From: an uncultured delta proteobacterium | GTDB lineage: Bacteria > Desulfobacterota > WTBG01 > CAIYCZ01 | Assembly: GCA_963803975.1 (NCBI GenBank) | Contig: CAWDOY010000030.1 | Span: 1 to 46,161 of the forward strand | Reading direction: 5' to 3' | Length of the DNA: 46,161 bases | In this document: in pieces, positions 28,838 through 38,340 of the stretch | How the letters are laid out: every line of letters starts with the position of its first letter | Position numbering within the stretch: position 1 is the stretch's first letter | The notes under the pieces: generated by a model | The model's database searches: none | Seen by the model: the letters and a program-made list of their open reading frames with translations, nothing else | What the model was told of the DNA's origin: nothing | Position numbers and translations under genes: made by a program

Positions 28838-30847
28838 CTATACCTTCTCAATTCTTATGGGGATGGTTGCGTCCTCACCCTGTTTTAAAATCTCCGGGTG
28901 CCCGGTCAGCGCCTTGGCGATGATATCCCGGGCAAAGTACGGTACATAGGCAGCATGCGACTTCACGTCATCTGATATTTTAACCGCCAGCAGCATCTCG
29001 CCGTAGGGCGACACCACTTTCACCTGCCACTGGTTTCTGACCTGCAGGGCTTTGGCAGTATCAGGTCCAATTTCCACATAGCCCTCGGGGTAATCAAGCA
29101 GGGTTGCGTTATATTCTCTCATGGGGATAAAGGTTTTTCTCATCAGATTGTTCTGATGCCAGAAATCCTGGGCTTTGCCTATCATGAGCAGATACGGAAA
29201 GTCTTTTCCCGCAGCGGGCCCAGCAAACGCGCCGGATACTTTTGCAAAACTGATGGAGGAGCCGGCGGCTTTAATGTCCAGGCGCCGCGTACCGTCAGGA
29301 TTTTTTTCATCACAGGGCCACTGCACCCCGCCGAAGGTCGCGGCCAGTTTTTTATGGGAAAGCTTCGCGTACGTCGGGGTCAGCCGGGCAATCTCATCCA
29401 TTACCTCTGCCGGCCCTGCATAGCTCCACTTTGCCCCGGCTTTTTCTGCTATGCGGCTAAAAAGCTTCCATCCCGGTAGCACATTGTGCTGAGGCTCAAG
29501 TTTCTTTGGTGACAGCTGGACGCGGCGGTCGGTGTTGGTGAAGGTGCCGTCCTCTGCAATATAGCGGGCAACGGGAAGCACCATATGGGCATAATCCATG
29601 AATTTATTCTTGTAGGTGCTGATGTAGGCTATGAAATCAACCTTCTGCAGCGCCGCGGCATCGCGTATCAGGCCCTCGTCGTGATCAATCACTACCAGCG
29701 CCTTCAACTGCCCCGGCGATTCTGCCAGCAGCTCTGATACTGATCTGCCCGGCGTGATGTTGAGCTCAACGCCCCAGGCAGCGTTGAATTTTTTAACTGC
29801 AGCCTGATCCGAGAGCGACTGAAAACCGCTGAGCAGGTCCGGAGCGCACCCCATGTCATAGCCGCCCTGAAGGTTATTGATGCCGGTAATCGGGTTGACG
29901 CCGCAGCCCTCTTTGCCGATTTTACCGGTCATGGCAAAGAGGTTGAAAATATAGCTGATGGTGTCCTCATCAAGGCCTGATATGCCTGAGGAGAAAAATG
30001 CCATTGCGGTTTTTGCCTGAGAAAGAGCTTTTGCCACCTGCTTGAACTCTTCGATGCTGATTCCGGTCTTGGCCGTGATCTCCTGCTCGGAGAGCTGTGC
30101 CAGGGAGGCGGAAAATTCCTCAAACCCTTTGGTGCTGCTGCGGACAAAGTCTGAATCGATGAGTCCGTCCTGGACGACGCATTTGGCAATTCCTGCCACC
30201 GCCAGTTTCAGCGCGCCGGGTGTTATCTGCAGGAAGCTGTTGCTGAGCTTTGCAATCTGGGTGCGCCTGCTGTCAATGGTTACTATTTTTGCTCCTGCCT
30301 GGGCTGCCAGGTGAATCTCGCTGCCGACAATGGGGTTCTGTTTGGTGATGTCGCTTCCTGCAACCAGCAGGAACTCTGCCTTGCAGATTTCTTCCAGTGA
30401 TCCGGTCATGCCTGCCATGCCGGTTCCCCGGGACAGGACATTGAGGCATCCTCTATGGCCGGCATCAGAGGAAAGGCTTACGTTATTGGTTTTAAAGACA
30501 GCCCGGGCCAGCTTCATCAGCAGAAACTGCTCTTCGTTGGTGGACCGGGGTGAGGCAAGAAACCCGACGGCAGCCGGCGGGAGGGCTTTTAATGTATCAA
30601 CCAGCAGTGCTATTGCTTCTTCATAGGAAGCATCAGCAAACTGGCCGTTCTTTTTTATCAGGGGGCGGTTGATGGTCTGGGCGGTATTGAGCAGCTCGTG
30701 TATGTTCCAGCCTCTGACGCACAGCCTTCCCTTGCTCACCGGATGGTTCTGCGAAGGAAAGACGCGTTCGACCGCAGTGCCGGTAACTTGCATAAAGTGA
30801 CCACAGCCGGTTCCACAAAACGTACAAACGCCAGGTTGTTGCTTCAT
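28838..30847 (-). CDS. FdhF-like molybdopterin-oxidoreductase-family protein lacking FDH catalytic residues
   Basis: CTFCGTGC..LCVRG, STNEE.FL..KLAR, GTFTNTDRRVQ, QWPC; active-site loop reads NNVSLSSDAGH; ITGINNLQG replaces LRGQNNVQG. Confidence 0.88.
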   Translation of the reverse strand: MKQQPGVCTFCGTGCGHFMQVTGTAVERVFPSQNHPVSKGRLCVRGWNIHELLNTAQTINRPLIKKNGQFADASYEEAIALLVDTLKALPPAAVGFLASPRSTNEEQFLLMKLARAVFKTNNVSLSSDAGHRGCLNVLSRGTGMAGMTGSLEEICKAEFLLVAGSDITKQNPIVGSEIHLAAQAGAKIVTIDSRRTQIAKLSNSFLQITPGALKLAVAGIAKCVVQDGLIDSDFVRSSTKGFEEFSASLAQLSEQEITAKTGISIEEFKQVAKALSQAKTAMAFFSSGISGLDEDTISYIFNLFAMTGKIGKEGCGVNPITGINNLQGGYDMGCAPDLLSGFQSLSDQAAVKKFNAAWGVELNITPGRSVSELLAESPGQLKALVVIDHDEGLIRDAAALQKVDFIAYISTYKNKFMDYAHMVLPVARYIAEDGTFTNTDRRVQLSPKKLEPQHNVLPGWKLFSRIAEKAGAKWSYAGPAEVMDEIARLTPTYAKLSHKKLAATFGGVQWPCDEKNPDGTRRLDIKAAGSSISFAKVSGAFAGPAAGKDFPYLLMIGKAQDFWHQNNLMRKTFIPMREYNATLLDYPEGYVEIGPDTAKALQVRNQWQVKVVSPYGEMLLAVKISDDVKSHAAYVPYFARDIIAKALTGHPEILKQGEDATIPIRIEKV

Positions 30848-30892
30848 AGTGTAACTCCAGAATTTAAAATTACCCGTACGGTGTCGCTCTTT

Positions 30893-31819
30893 TTAGTATC
30901 CCCATACGGCCAGAATAAGAGCGCCGATTGACACGATAAACATGCCCGCAAAGTAGCGGATAGCCTGATCGATGCGGTAGCGCGGATGAATTGATGCAAC
31001 CAGCGTGATGATGAGAACCAGGACCAGGACTTTAACAAGAAAAATAATCACACTCACGGGGTAAAACAAGGTATTGCCCCACGGGACAAAGAGCGCTATG
31101 AAGATGCCGCTGTAGACCATCAGTTTTGCCATCTGCAGGTACTTGAACAGCGCAAGCTTTGGTCCCGAGTACTCAAGCAGCGGTCCTTCCATAATTTCGG
31201 TCTCAGCTTCGGTAATATCAAAGGGCAGCCGCCCCACAAAACCCTGCAATGAAAACAGCATCACCCCCAGCATGATGAGCCCGGACAGCGGCAGGCTATG
31301 GCCGTACACTGCGCCGTTCAGCACCGCGTCCAGCCTGAGCGAGCCGGCATTTATAGAGCTGATAACAAGGGCAACCGCCAGCAGCGGCTCCAGGGTCATC
31401 ATGGCCATCATTTCCCGGCTCATCCCGACCAGGGAGTAGAGGGAACCGGCAGCAAGCCCGGCAAACAGCGTTGCAATGCCGCACAGGGTCAGAAGATAAA
31501 TGAGCAGTATGCTGTCGCCGGCAGCGTTCATGGGAACGCTCGATCCCATGGGCACCAGGGTTGCGACGGTCAGAATAGATGCCAAAGAAAGATAGGCGGC
31601 AAAGCGCTGCATGCCGGCATTTTCGCCTACTTCAATATCTTCCTTGCCGAGCAGTTTCAGCAGGTCAAAGTAGGGCTGCAGCACCGGCGGCCCTTTCCGC
31701 GACTGCACCTGAGCGGTAATCTTGCGCAATAGACCTTCAAAAAACGGCGCTCCCAGGAGTACCAGCGCCACATTGAATGTTCCGTATATGATCATCAAGC
31801 CTGCTTTTGGTTCCATCAT
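30893..31819 (-). CDS. HycD/NuoH-like membrane subunit
   Basis: RKITAQVQSRKGPP.LQPYFDLLKL..KE; RLPFDITEAETEIMEGPLLEYSG; PRYRIDQ. Confidence 0.94.
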   Translation of the reverse strand: MMEPKAGLMIIYGTFNVALVLLGAPFFEGLLRKITAQVQSRKGPPVLQPYFDLLKLLGKEDIEVGENAGMQRFAAYLSLASILTVATLVPMGSSVPMNAAGDSILLIYLLTLCGIATLFAGLAAGSLYSLVGMSREMMAMMTLEPLLAVALVISSINAGSLRLDAVLNGAVYGHSLPLSGLIMLGVMLFSLQGFVGRLPFDITEAETEIMEGPLLEYSGPKLALFKYLQMAKLMVYSGIFIALFVPWGNTLFYPVSVIIFLVKVLVLVLIITLVASIHPRYRIDQAIRYFAGMFIVSIGALILAVWGY

Positions 31820-31873
31820 GTATATCCCTTTTTTATAAATACGCTGATCTCTAAAATCTATTCCCGCATACCT

Positions 31874-33776
31874 CTACATATGCGGTTTTGGTTTTCCACC
31901 AACCCAGCGAATATACCGCTTCACCCCGGCATACAGATGATGCGCGCCGTAGCGGTGCTGCTCCGCATCCTGCGCATAGCCGCACAACCAGGGCTCATCT
32001 GCCCTCTTCCTGGAACCGCCAAGCCGGGTAATAATGAATGCGATAATGAGCATGATGCCCAGGACCATGATGAGCACCAGCGGATCAAACAGGGCACTGC
32101 CGTCAGCGCTGGCAATTCCGGCAAGGCCATCAAGCCGGGCAAGCGGCATTTTTGCAAGACTCGCTCCCAATCCCTGCTGGCTTCCGTGCAGGGCCTGCGC
32201 TATGAGCTGATAGGCACCGATGGGGATAATGCCAAACACCAGGCACAGGGCTGCAAGTATCAGCTGGGGAATCTGCATCATCCAGCCCACTTCCAAAAGC
32301 GGCTTGCGCGCAGCTTTCTCAGCCACGAGGGAACTTGTTCTTGACAGGAAGCTCACGCCAAAAAATTTCATAAACGAAGCAAGGGTTATGGCGCTGGTCA
32401 GAATGGCAAACACGGCACATATTCCCAGATACTTGGCAACGCTTGAGCCAAGTATGGTTGAAACATAGATGCTCCATTTGCTGGCGAACCCGTTAAACAG
32501 CGGCACTCCGGCAATAGAAAAGGATGCAATTAAGGTCATAATGGCGGTCACCGGCATAAACTTGATAAGGCCGCCCATCTTGTTGAGATCCTGGGTATCA
32601 GTAGCATACAGCATGGACCCGGCATTGAAGAACAACAGGCTTTTAAAGGTGCCATGGTTGATAGTGTGAAACAAAGCGCCATAGAAGCCGATTGCTGCAA
32701 GCCCGAGCACGGTTTCGTTTTGCAGGCCCGGGCGAATCAGGGCCACGCAGGCACCGAGTCCGAGGAGAATGTATCCCACCTGTCCGATGCTGTGAAAGGC
32801 AAGAAGACGTTTGGATTGTTCCTGTTTGAGTGCTTGCAGGGTACCAATGAAGAGGGTAATCGTCCCCAGAGCAGCTATAAGCAGCCCCCATCCAGCGCTT
32901 GGATAGGATTCTATGGCCTGCTCCGGCACCAGCCACAGAAATGAGCGCATCAGCCCGTACACGCCGGTTTTAATCATAACTCCTGACAGGAGCGCGCTTA
33001 CCGGTGAGGGTGCTGCGGGATGGGCGGCAGGAAGCCACATCTGTCCGAACGGCCACATACCGGCCTTGATGCCAAAGCCAATTAAATAGAGAAGAAAAGC
33101 AACTATCACCACTCCGCTGCCGCTCTGCAGCAAGCCCGGCAGTCCATGACTGATAGCTTCAAAGTCATATTTCGTGAGGGTCTCAGACCCTACGGTTGAC
33201 CGGTCCCTGGGCGAGCAGTGCCGAAGCAGCCATGATCAGGACACAGGCGATCTGCATCATGAGCAGGTATTTATTTGCCGCCCGGACATTTTCCCGCTTT
33301 TTGTATTCATAGCGAACCAGCGCATAGGAGGTAAGTGTCATGAGCTGCCAGAAAATGAAAAAGAAGAGCATCATGTCGCTTACGCATACAATCCCGTACA
33401 TGCCGGCTACAAAAAGGAGAAAGTACGGATAGTATCTCGCAACGCCGTAATCTTTATAATGCTCCATGTAGCTGATGGAAAAGAAGGCGGAAAGAACCGC
33501 GATGGTTGCTATAAGCCCGATAAATATGGCGCTCAAGCCATCGATGTAGATGCGCAGGGAGGAGCCCAGCTGCGGCAATTCCATGATGGTTATTGCTTCT
33601 CCCGGCCCTGACAGAAGCACGGTGCCTGCAGCGGTGATGGCAAGGAAACTGGATAGCGCTGTGGCCAGAAAGCAGAGCCACCCTGCTACAGCTTTGTTTT
33701 TTGATAACAGCAGCGTTACTATTGCGCCGCCTGCACACACTACAAGAGCGTAGATTATTGCATAGGCTGGAGTCAT
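31874..33776 (-). CDS. HycC/HyfB-like antiporter-type membrane subunit, frameshift near 33190
   Basis: N-part (IDGLSAIF, FFIFWQLMTLTSY) plus C-part (KAGMWP..WLPAAHPAAPSPVSALLSGVMIKTG, KRLLAFHS, HTINHGTFKSLLF, GVPLFNGFASKW). Confidence 0.9.
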
Positions 33777-33935
33777 CGTATGTGGTTCCTCACAATGTGG
33801 TGTTGGTTATGAGCTGAAACAGGTTGTTGCAATTTAATTAAGCACGGTGGACTGTTTAGGCTGTTTAGGTAATGTCTTGGAATTAATTATGCAAAATCTA
33901 AATAAGCAAGAATTGTAATTTTAGAAATAAATTTT

Positions 33936-33951
33936 TGCAAAAATTGCGCCA
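33936..33951 (-). promoter_or_regulatory. Sigma54 (-24/-12) promoter of the hydrogenase operon
   Basis: Minus strand TGGCGCAATTTTTGCA (GG-N10-GC), 160 bp upstream of the first start codon. Confidence 0.7.
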
Positions 33952-34383
33952 TCAGCCGATATACAATAAATACCGGGACCATTACGAGCGCTGCCGCGAA
34001 GCGCTAACACCTCCGGGTTTTAATTCAACTAACTGAATAAACATGCTTATTTCATATTGCTTTGATTCGTTTGGCGGGTTAATAATGAAGTCGATTGTGC
34101 AGGGTCAGGGATACGTTCATTGGTGGTAAATCGCCTTTGAGCGCTATCTGCAGGCTATATACTATTGACAAAATGACATGGTGCTCAGCAGGAAAAACTC
34201 TGAAAAGCAATTGGTTTAAAAATTAAACTATTTGATTTTACTTATATTTAATTTTTTAATTGGTGCCTGTCAAAATGACAGCTATCATTACATCATTATG
34301 AACGTATAAAACGTGAAATTTTAAAATAAAAGGCAGATGCTGAAATTTAAAATTCAGCCCCGGAAGGAGAATATAAGCCATAC

Positions 34384-35544
34384 ATGGAAACGCTTCGCAT
34401 TTTAGTGGTCGAGGATGAATATGGTATGCGCCTGGCAATTGCCCGGGCTTTGCGGGATTACACGATCCATCTTCCCGAGATAGAAGGAAAAATTGGATTT
34501 ACTATCGAGCAGGTTGAGGTTGCAGAAGAGGCGCTCACTATCATTAACGACAAGCCGCCGGATATTATCCTGCTGGATTATAAACTGCCCGGCATGAGCG
34601 GCCTTGACCTGCTTACCCAGGTATCAGCAAAGCAGCTTGACCTGCTGGCTATCATGATCACGGCGTATGCATCTATCGAGACTGCTGTTACGGCCACCAA
34701 ACAGGGCGCCTTTGATTTCCTTGCCAAGCCGTTTACGCCCATGGAATTAAAAGAAACTATTTATAAGGCCGTAAAACATCTGGTTCTGATGAGACAGGCC
34801 CATAAACTGACGGAAGAAAAGCGCAAGGTTCGTTTTCAGTTTATTTCAGTGCTGGCGCATGAGATGAAGGCCCCGCTGGCAGCACTCGACGGGTACTTGA
34901 ACATTCTTCGAGAGCGTGCAGCAGGAGACAGTCAGGAAGTATATGATCATATGCTTGACCGGTGCCTGACGCGCATCCAGGGCATGCGCAAGATGATTAT
35001 AGATCTGCTTGATTTGACGCGCATTGAGTCAGGAGAGCGGAAACGCGATGTAAGCGAAGTTGACGTGCGGGAAATCGTTCATACCGCAATTGATACGGCG
35101 ACCCCTGAAGCACAGGAGCGGTCCATTAGCATTAGCTTCCCTGAAAATGGACCCGTGCTCATGCAGGCCGATCGCAGCGAGCTGGAGATTGTTTTTAATA
35201 ATCTCATAACCAATGCGGTGAAGTACAACCGGGACGGCGGGCGGGTCGATGTTGAACTGCATGCCGACGGCGGTCAGGTCAGCATTGTGGTGACTGATAC
35301 CGGTATCGGCATGAGCACGGAAGAAGCAGCGCGGCTGTTCAGCGATTTTGTGCGCATCAAAAATGAAAAGACCAGAAACATTCTGGGCAGCGGGCTGGGA
35401 TTGTCTACCGTAAAGAAGATAGCGCTGCTGTATGGCGGTGAGGTAAGCGTAGAGAGCGAGCCTGATAAGGGAAGCAGGTTTACCGTCACGCTGAATCAGG
35501 ATGCAGCGGTTAGCGCATCAGCCCCCGAACCGGCTAATCAGTGA
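34384..35544 (+). CDS. Hybrid receiver-histidine kinase (REC-HisKA-HATPase)
   Basis: ILVVEDE, LLDYKLP, FLAKP; LAHEMKAPL; NLITNAVKY, DTGIGM, GSGLGL, GSRF. Confidence 0.95.
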   Translation: METLRILVVEDEYGMRLAIARALRDYTIHLPEIEGKIGFTIEQVEVAEEALTIINDKPPDIILLDYKLPGMSGLDLLTQVSAKQLDLLAIMITAYASIETAVTATKQGAFDFLAKPFTPMELKETIYKAVKHLVLMRQAHKLTEEKRKVRFQFISVLAHEMKAPLAALDGYLNILRERAAGDSQEVYDHMLDRCLTRIQGMRKMIIDLLDLTRIESGERKRDVSEVDVREIVHTAIDTATPEAQERSISISFPENGPVLMQADRSELEIVFNNLITNAVKYNRDGGRVDVELHADGGQVSIVVTDTGIGMSTEEAARLFSDFVRIKNEKTRNILGSGLGLSTVKKIALLYGGEVSVESEPDKGSRFTVTLNQDAAVSASAPEPANQ

Positions 35545-35571
35545 GCAGGGGCTGCGCGCGGTCGCCCAACC

Positions 35572-36336
35572 TTACGGCTTGCAGGTTTTACACACCTCAA
35601 GCTCTGCGCGCGGTATATTAAATTTTTCAGCTATATAATCTATCTGCACCTGCGGCATAAACGGCTTGCCGCAGGTTTTGCATTCAGCCATGCGGAAGGT
35701 CTGTTTCCAGTTGTGCATGATCCGCTGACTTCCCATGGCATAGCCTCCGCCCGGGGAATGATACTGCGCATTCTGCACATCTTCCATGGTAATGATGCCG
35801 GTAGGACAGATGTACACACATGAGCCGCAGCCGATGCACTGTTTGGCGGGGTCAAAAAAAGGCGGCGCAACTTCCCGGCTAACCCCGCGGCTGGCAAATC
35901 CTATGGCCTCCACCCCCACCACTTCCCGACACACGCGCACACACTGGCCGCAGAGAATGCAGAAGTTATTGCCGGTTTTAAAGCGCGGTTCCTGTATATC
36001 ATATTCCTGCGCAAGCTCTTTGACGATTTTTACATTCGGGCACCGGGCAAGCAGAAGCTCAAGCACCAGCTTTCTCACCGCGCGAACCCGATCACTCGTG
36101 GTCCGCACTGCCATGCCGCTGTCAGCCGGATAATTGCAGGACGTGACGATGCGGGTCCTGTTTCCCCGTTGCACTTCAACAACACAGAGCCGGCACGCGC
36201 CATAGGGCTGCAGTGCTTCATGGTGGCACAGGGTTGGTATATCAATATCCATTTCCCGGGCAATTTGTAATACGGTTGTGCCTGGCCGGGCCTCTGCCTC
36301 TTTTCCGTCAATCGTGAAGGTCATCTTTTTATCCAT
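35572..36336 (-). CDS. NuoG/HoxU N-terminal-like Fe-S protein
   Basis: IPTLCHH..GACRLCVVE..TSC [2Fe-2S]; CILCGQCVRVC; CIGCGSCVYICP; C-terminal CKTC...CKTC. Confidence 0.9.
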   Translation of the reverse strand: MDKKMTFTIDGKEAEARPGTTVLQIAREMDIDIPTLCHHEALQPYGACRLCVVEVQRGNRTRIVTSCNYPADSGMAVRTTSDRVRAVRKLVLELLLARCPNVKIVKELAQEYDIQEPRFKTGNNFCILCGQCVRVCREVVGVEAIGFASRGVSREVAPPFFDPAKQCIGCGSCVYICPTGIITMEDVQNAQYHSPGGGYAMGSQRIMHNWKQTFRMAECKTCGKPFMPQVQIDYIAEKFNIPRAELEVCKTCKP

Positions 36337-36524
36337 TAGTTTATTTGCTTTGCAGCATAGAAGATTACAAAACCCATTTCGTTTGCTTGTTATGGTATAA
36401 TTAAAAATGCTATATCTGTCAATTTTAATTTAGTATGCAGTTTGGGTGTATCTATACGGAACGGGTTTATTCGCGAAACACATAACGGGATAAAAGATGC
36501 TGCGATGCAGGGCCGGGAGGTGCT

Positions 36525-36553
36525 TTTACAGGACATTCCTCAAAATTTATAGT
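36525..36553 (+). promoter_or_regulatory. Sigma70-type promoter upstream of the structured RNA candidate
   Basis: TTTACA-17 bp-TATAGT. Confidence 0.6.
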
Positions 36554-36559
36554 ATTATT

Positions 36560-36712
36560 CATTGCGAGAGCGCATGGGGGTTAGGGGCTCGTGACCAGTC
36601 CACCCTCCGCAGTGTTATAAAGCAAACGTATTAGTGATTGCTAAGTATACATCTGAACCTATTCACCTTTTTCCTGGAGCAACTGGCACGGTGCTACCTA
36701 CCCTAGCCGCAC
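36560..36712 (+). ncRNA. Candidate structured RNA, family unknown
   Basis: 36570-36608 pairs with 36676-36710 in a long bulged stem; inner AT-rich hairpin 36610-36655; begins just after the promoter. Confidence 0.45.
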
Positions 36713-36880
36713 GAAGCGTACACAGAAGTCAGGCAGAAGGAGAGTGACTTAGTGATTCAGTGTTCATGTCCGTAAGGCCAAAAGGCTAAGAGGTCAAAAG
36801 ATTAACCTCTTCACCGTTTTACCTGTTCACCCTTTTCTGTGGCCATGAATTCGTTTTAGTCTAAAACAGAAGGGAGTAAC

Positions 36881-37099
36881 ATGCATCCTATGAAACAACG
36901 CAAAACGCAGAGCAGCTTTCAGGAACTGGAAGCTGCGGAACTTTTTTGTCAGAAATGCAGTCAGGCGGTGCCGGTCAGAAAAAAGCTGCTGCTGGCACTT
37001 CCCGATGGTGATAAATATGACTACCTCTGCATTTACTGCGGAAGCTCAGTAGGGACAAAAACCGTCACCAATCAGGCGACCCCGCGGGTTATTATCTGA
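36881..37099 (+). CDS. Small Zn-ribbon-like protein
   Basis: GGGAG RBS; CQKC...PVRKKLLLALPDGDKYDYLCIYCG. Confidence 0.75.
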   Translation: MHPMKQRKTQSSFQELEAAELFCQKCSQAVPVRKKLLLALPDGDKYDYLCIYCGSSVGTKTVTNQATPRVII

Positions 37100-37253
37100 C
37101 AGGTTGTTGAAAAAGCAGTTTTCTCCCAGGCTGATCAAAAACATCCGGATGCAAGGCGCGCGAAATCAAGAGGAATGAGGCGTACGTTACCGTACGTCGC
37201 AATGACGAAGGATGAGCGCAACGAAGCAGATGGGTGTTTTTCAACAGCCTGCT
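37099..37253 (-). mobile_element. MITE-like element, copy 2
   Basis: Terminal inverted repeats CAGGTTGTTGAAAAA / TTTTTCAACAGCCTG; matches 18503..18660. Confidence 0.85.
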
Positions 37254-37379
37254 ATACATGAAACTGCCCGGAGGCGCACTAACACAAGGATTCAATTGAC
37301 ATTGCCGCTGATACCTGTTACTAAAATTTTTTAATCTGATTCAGTATTTATAGCAAAGATAGCAAAGGAGAACGGTAAC

Positions 37380-38340
37380 GTGAAGATTCTTATCACGGGC
37401 GGAGCCGGCTTTATTGGTTCGCACCTTGCAGAAGCGCTGTTGGCATGCGGCGAAGAGGTTTTTATAATTGATGACCTTTCTACCGGGAGCATTGATAATA
37501 TTATTCACTTGAAGGACAATCCACGCTTCCACTACACCATAGACACCATTAAAGAATCAGCCGCTGATGGCGGAGCTGGTAGACCGGTGTGATCTCATTT
37601 TCCACCTGGCAGCTGCCGTCGGGGTAAAGCTGATCGTTGAATCGCCGGTTAATACTATTGAAACCAATATTTACGGCACCGAGGTTGTGCTGCAGCTGGC
37701 AAATAAAAAGAAGAAAAAGGTTATTATTACGTCCACCTCGGAAGTCTATGGAAAAAGCGACGCCATACCGTTTCAGGAAGATGCCGATATGGTGCTGGGG
37801 CCTACCACCAAGGGGCGCTGGAGTTATGCCTGCTCCAAAGCGATTGATGAATTTCTGGCCCTGGCCTATTATAAAGAAAAGAAGCTGCCGGTGGTGATTG
37901 TGCGCCTGTTTAACACGGTTGGCCCGCGCCAGACCGGCCGCTATGGCATGGTTGTTCCCACCTTTGTGCAGCAGGCGCTCCTGAATCACCCCATAACCAT
38001 TTATGGTGATGGCAGGCAGAGCCGCAGCTTCAGCCATGTACGTGATGTGGTGCGCGGCCTTACGGGGCTCTCCCGGCATCCCGATGCCGTTGGTCAGGTC
38101 TTTAATATTGGCAACAATAAAGAGATAAGCATTGAAGCGCTGGCGCAGCTCATAAAGAAAAAGACCGGCAGCTCGTCTGAATTTATTTATATCCCCTATG
38201 ACCAGGCGTATGAGGAAGGTTTCGAAGATATGCCGCGCCGCGTTCCTGATATCACCAAAATCAACCGCCTGATCGGTTTTCAGCCTGAAGTGGGGATCGA
38301 CGAGATCATCGATTCGGTCATTGACTATTATAAGCAATGA
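37380..38340 (+). CDS. NAD-dependent nucleotide-sugar epimerase/dehydratase, frameshift near 37555
   Basis: [52 protein letters not shown]. Confidence 0.9.

Noticed and set aside
28838..30847. Selenocysteine formate dehydrogenase / classical formate hydrogenlyase
   Set aside because: No in-frame TGA, no Cys at the ligand position, catalytic Arg missing, no HycB.
23520..33776. Complex I (nuo) or Ehr/Mbx-type complex
   Set aside because: The large subunit keeps both CxxC Ni-binding motifs and a maturation protease is present.
36560..36712. Calling the RNA candidate 6S, SRP, tmRNA or a known riboswitch
   Set aside because: No diagnostic motifs recognised, and length and context do not fit; left unnamed.
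37092..37295. 67-aa ORF RLLKNTHLLRCAHPSSLRRT
   Set aside because: It is a translation of the MITE-like repeat.
2432..38340. Programmed frameshifting or mass pseudogenisation in cydA, MFS, SDR, radical SAM, hyfB-like and epimerase genes
   Set aside because: Each break is a single-base indel in an otherwise intact gene with no shared slippery motif; sequencing or consensus error is simpler.
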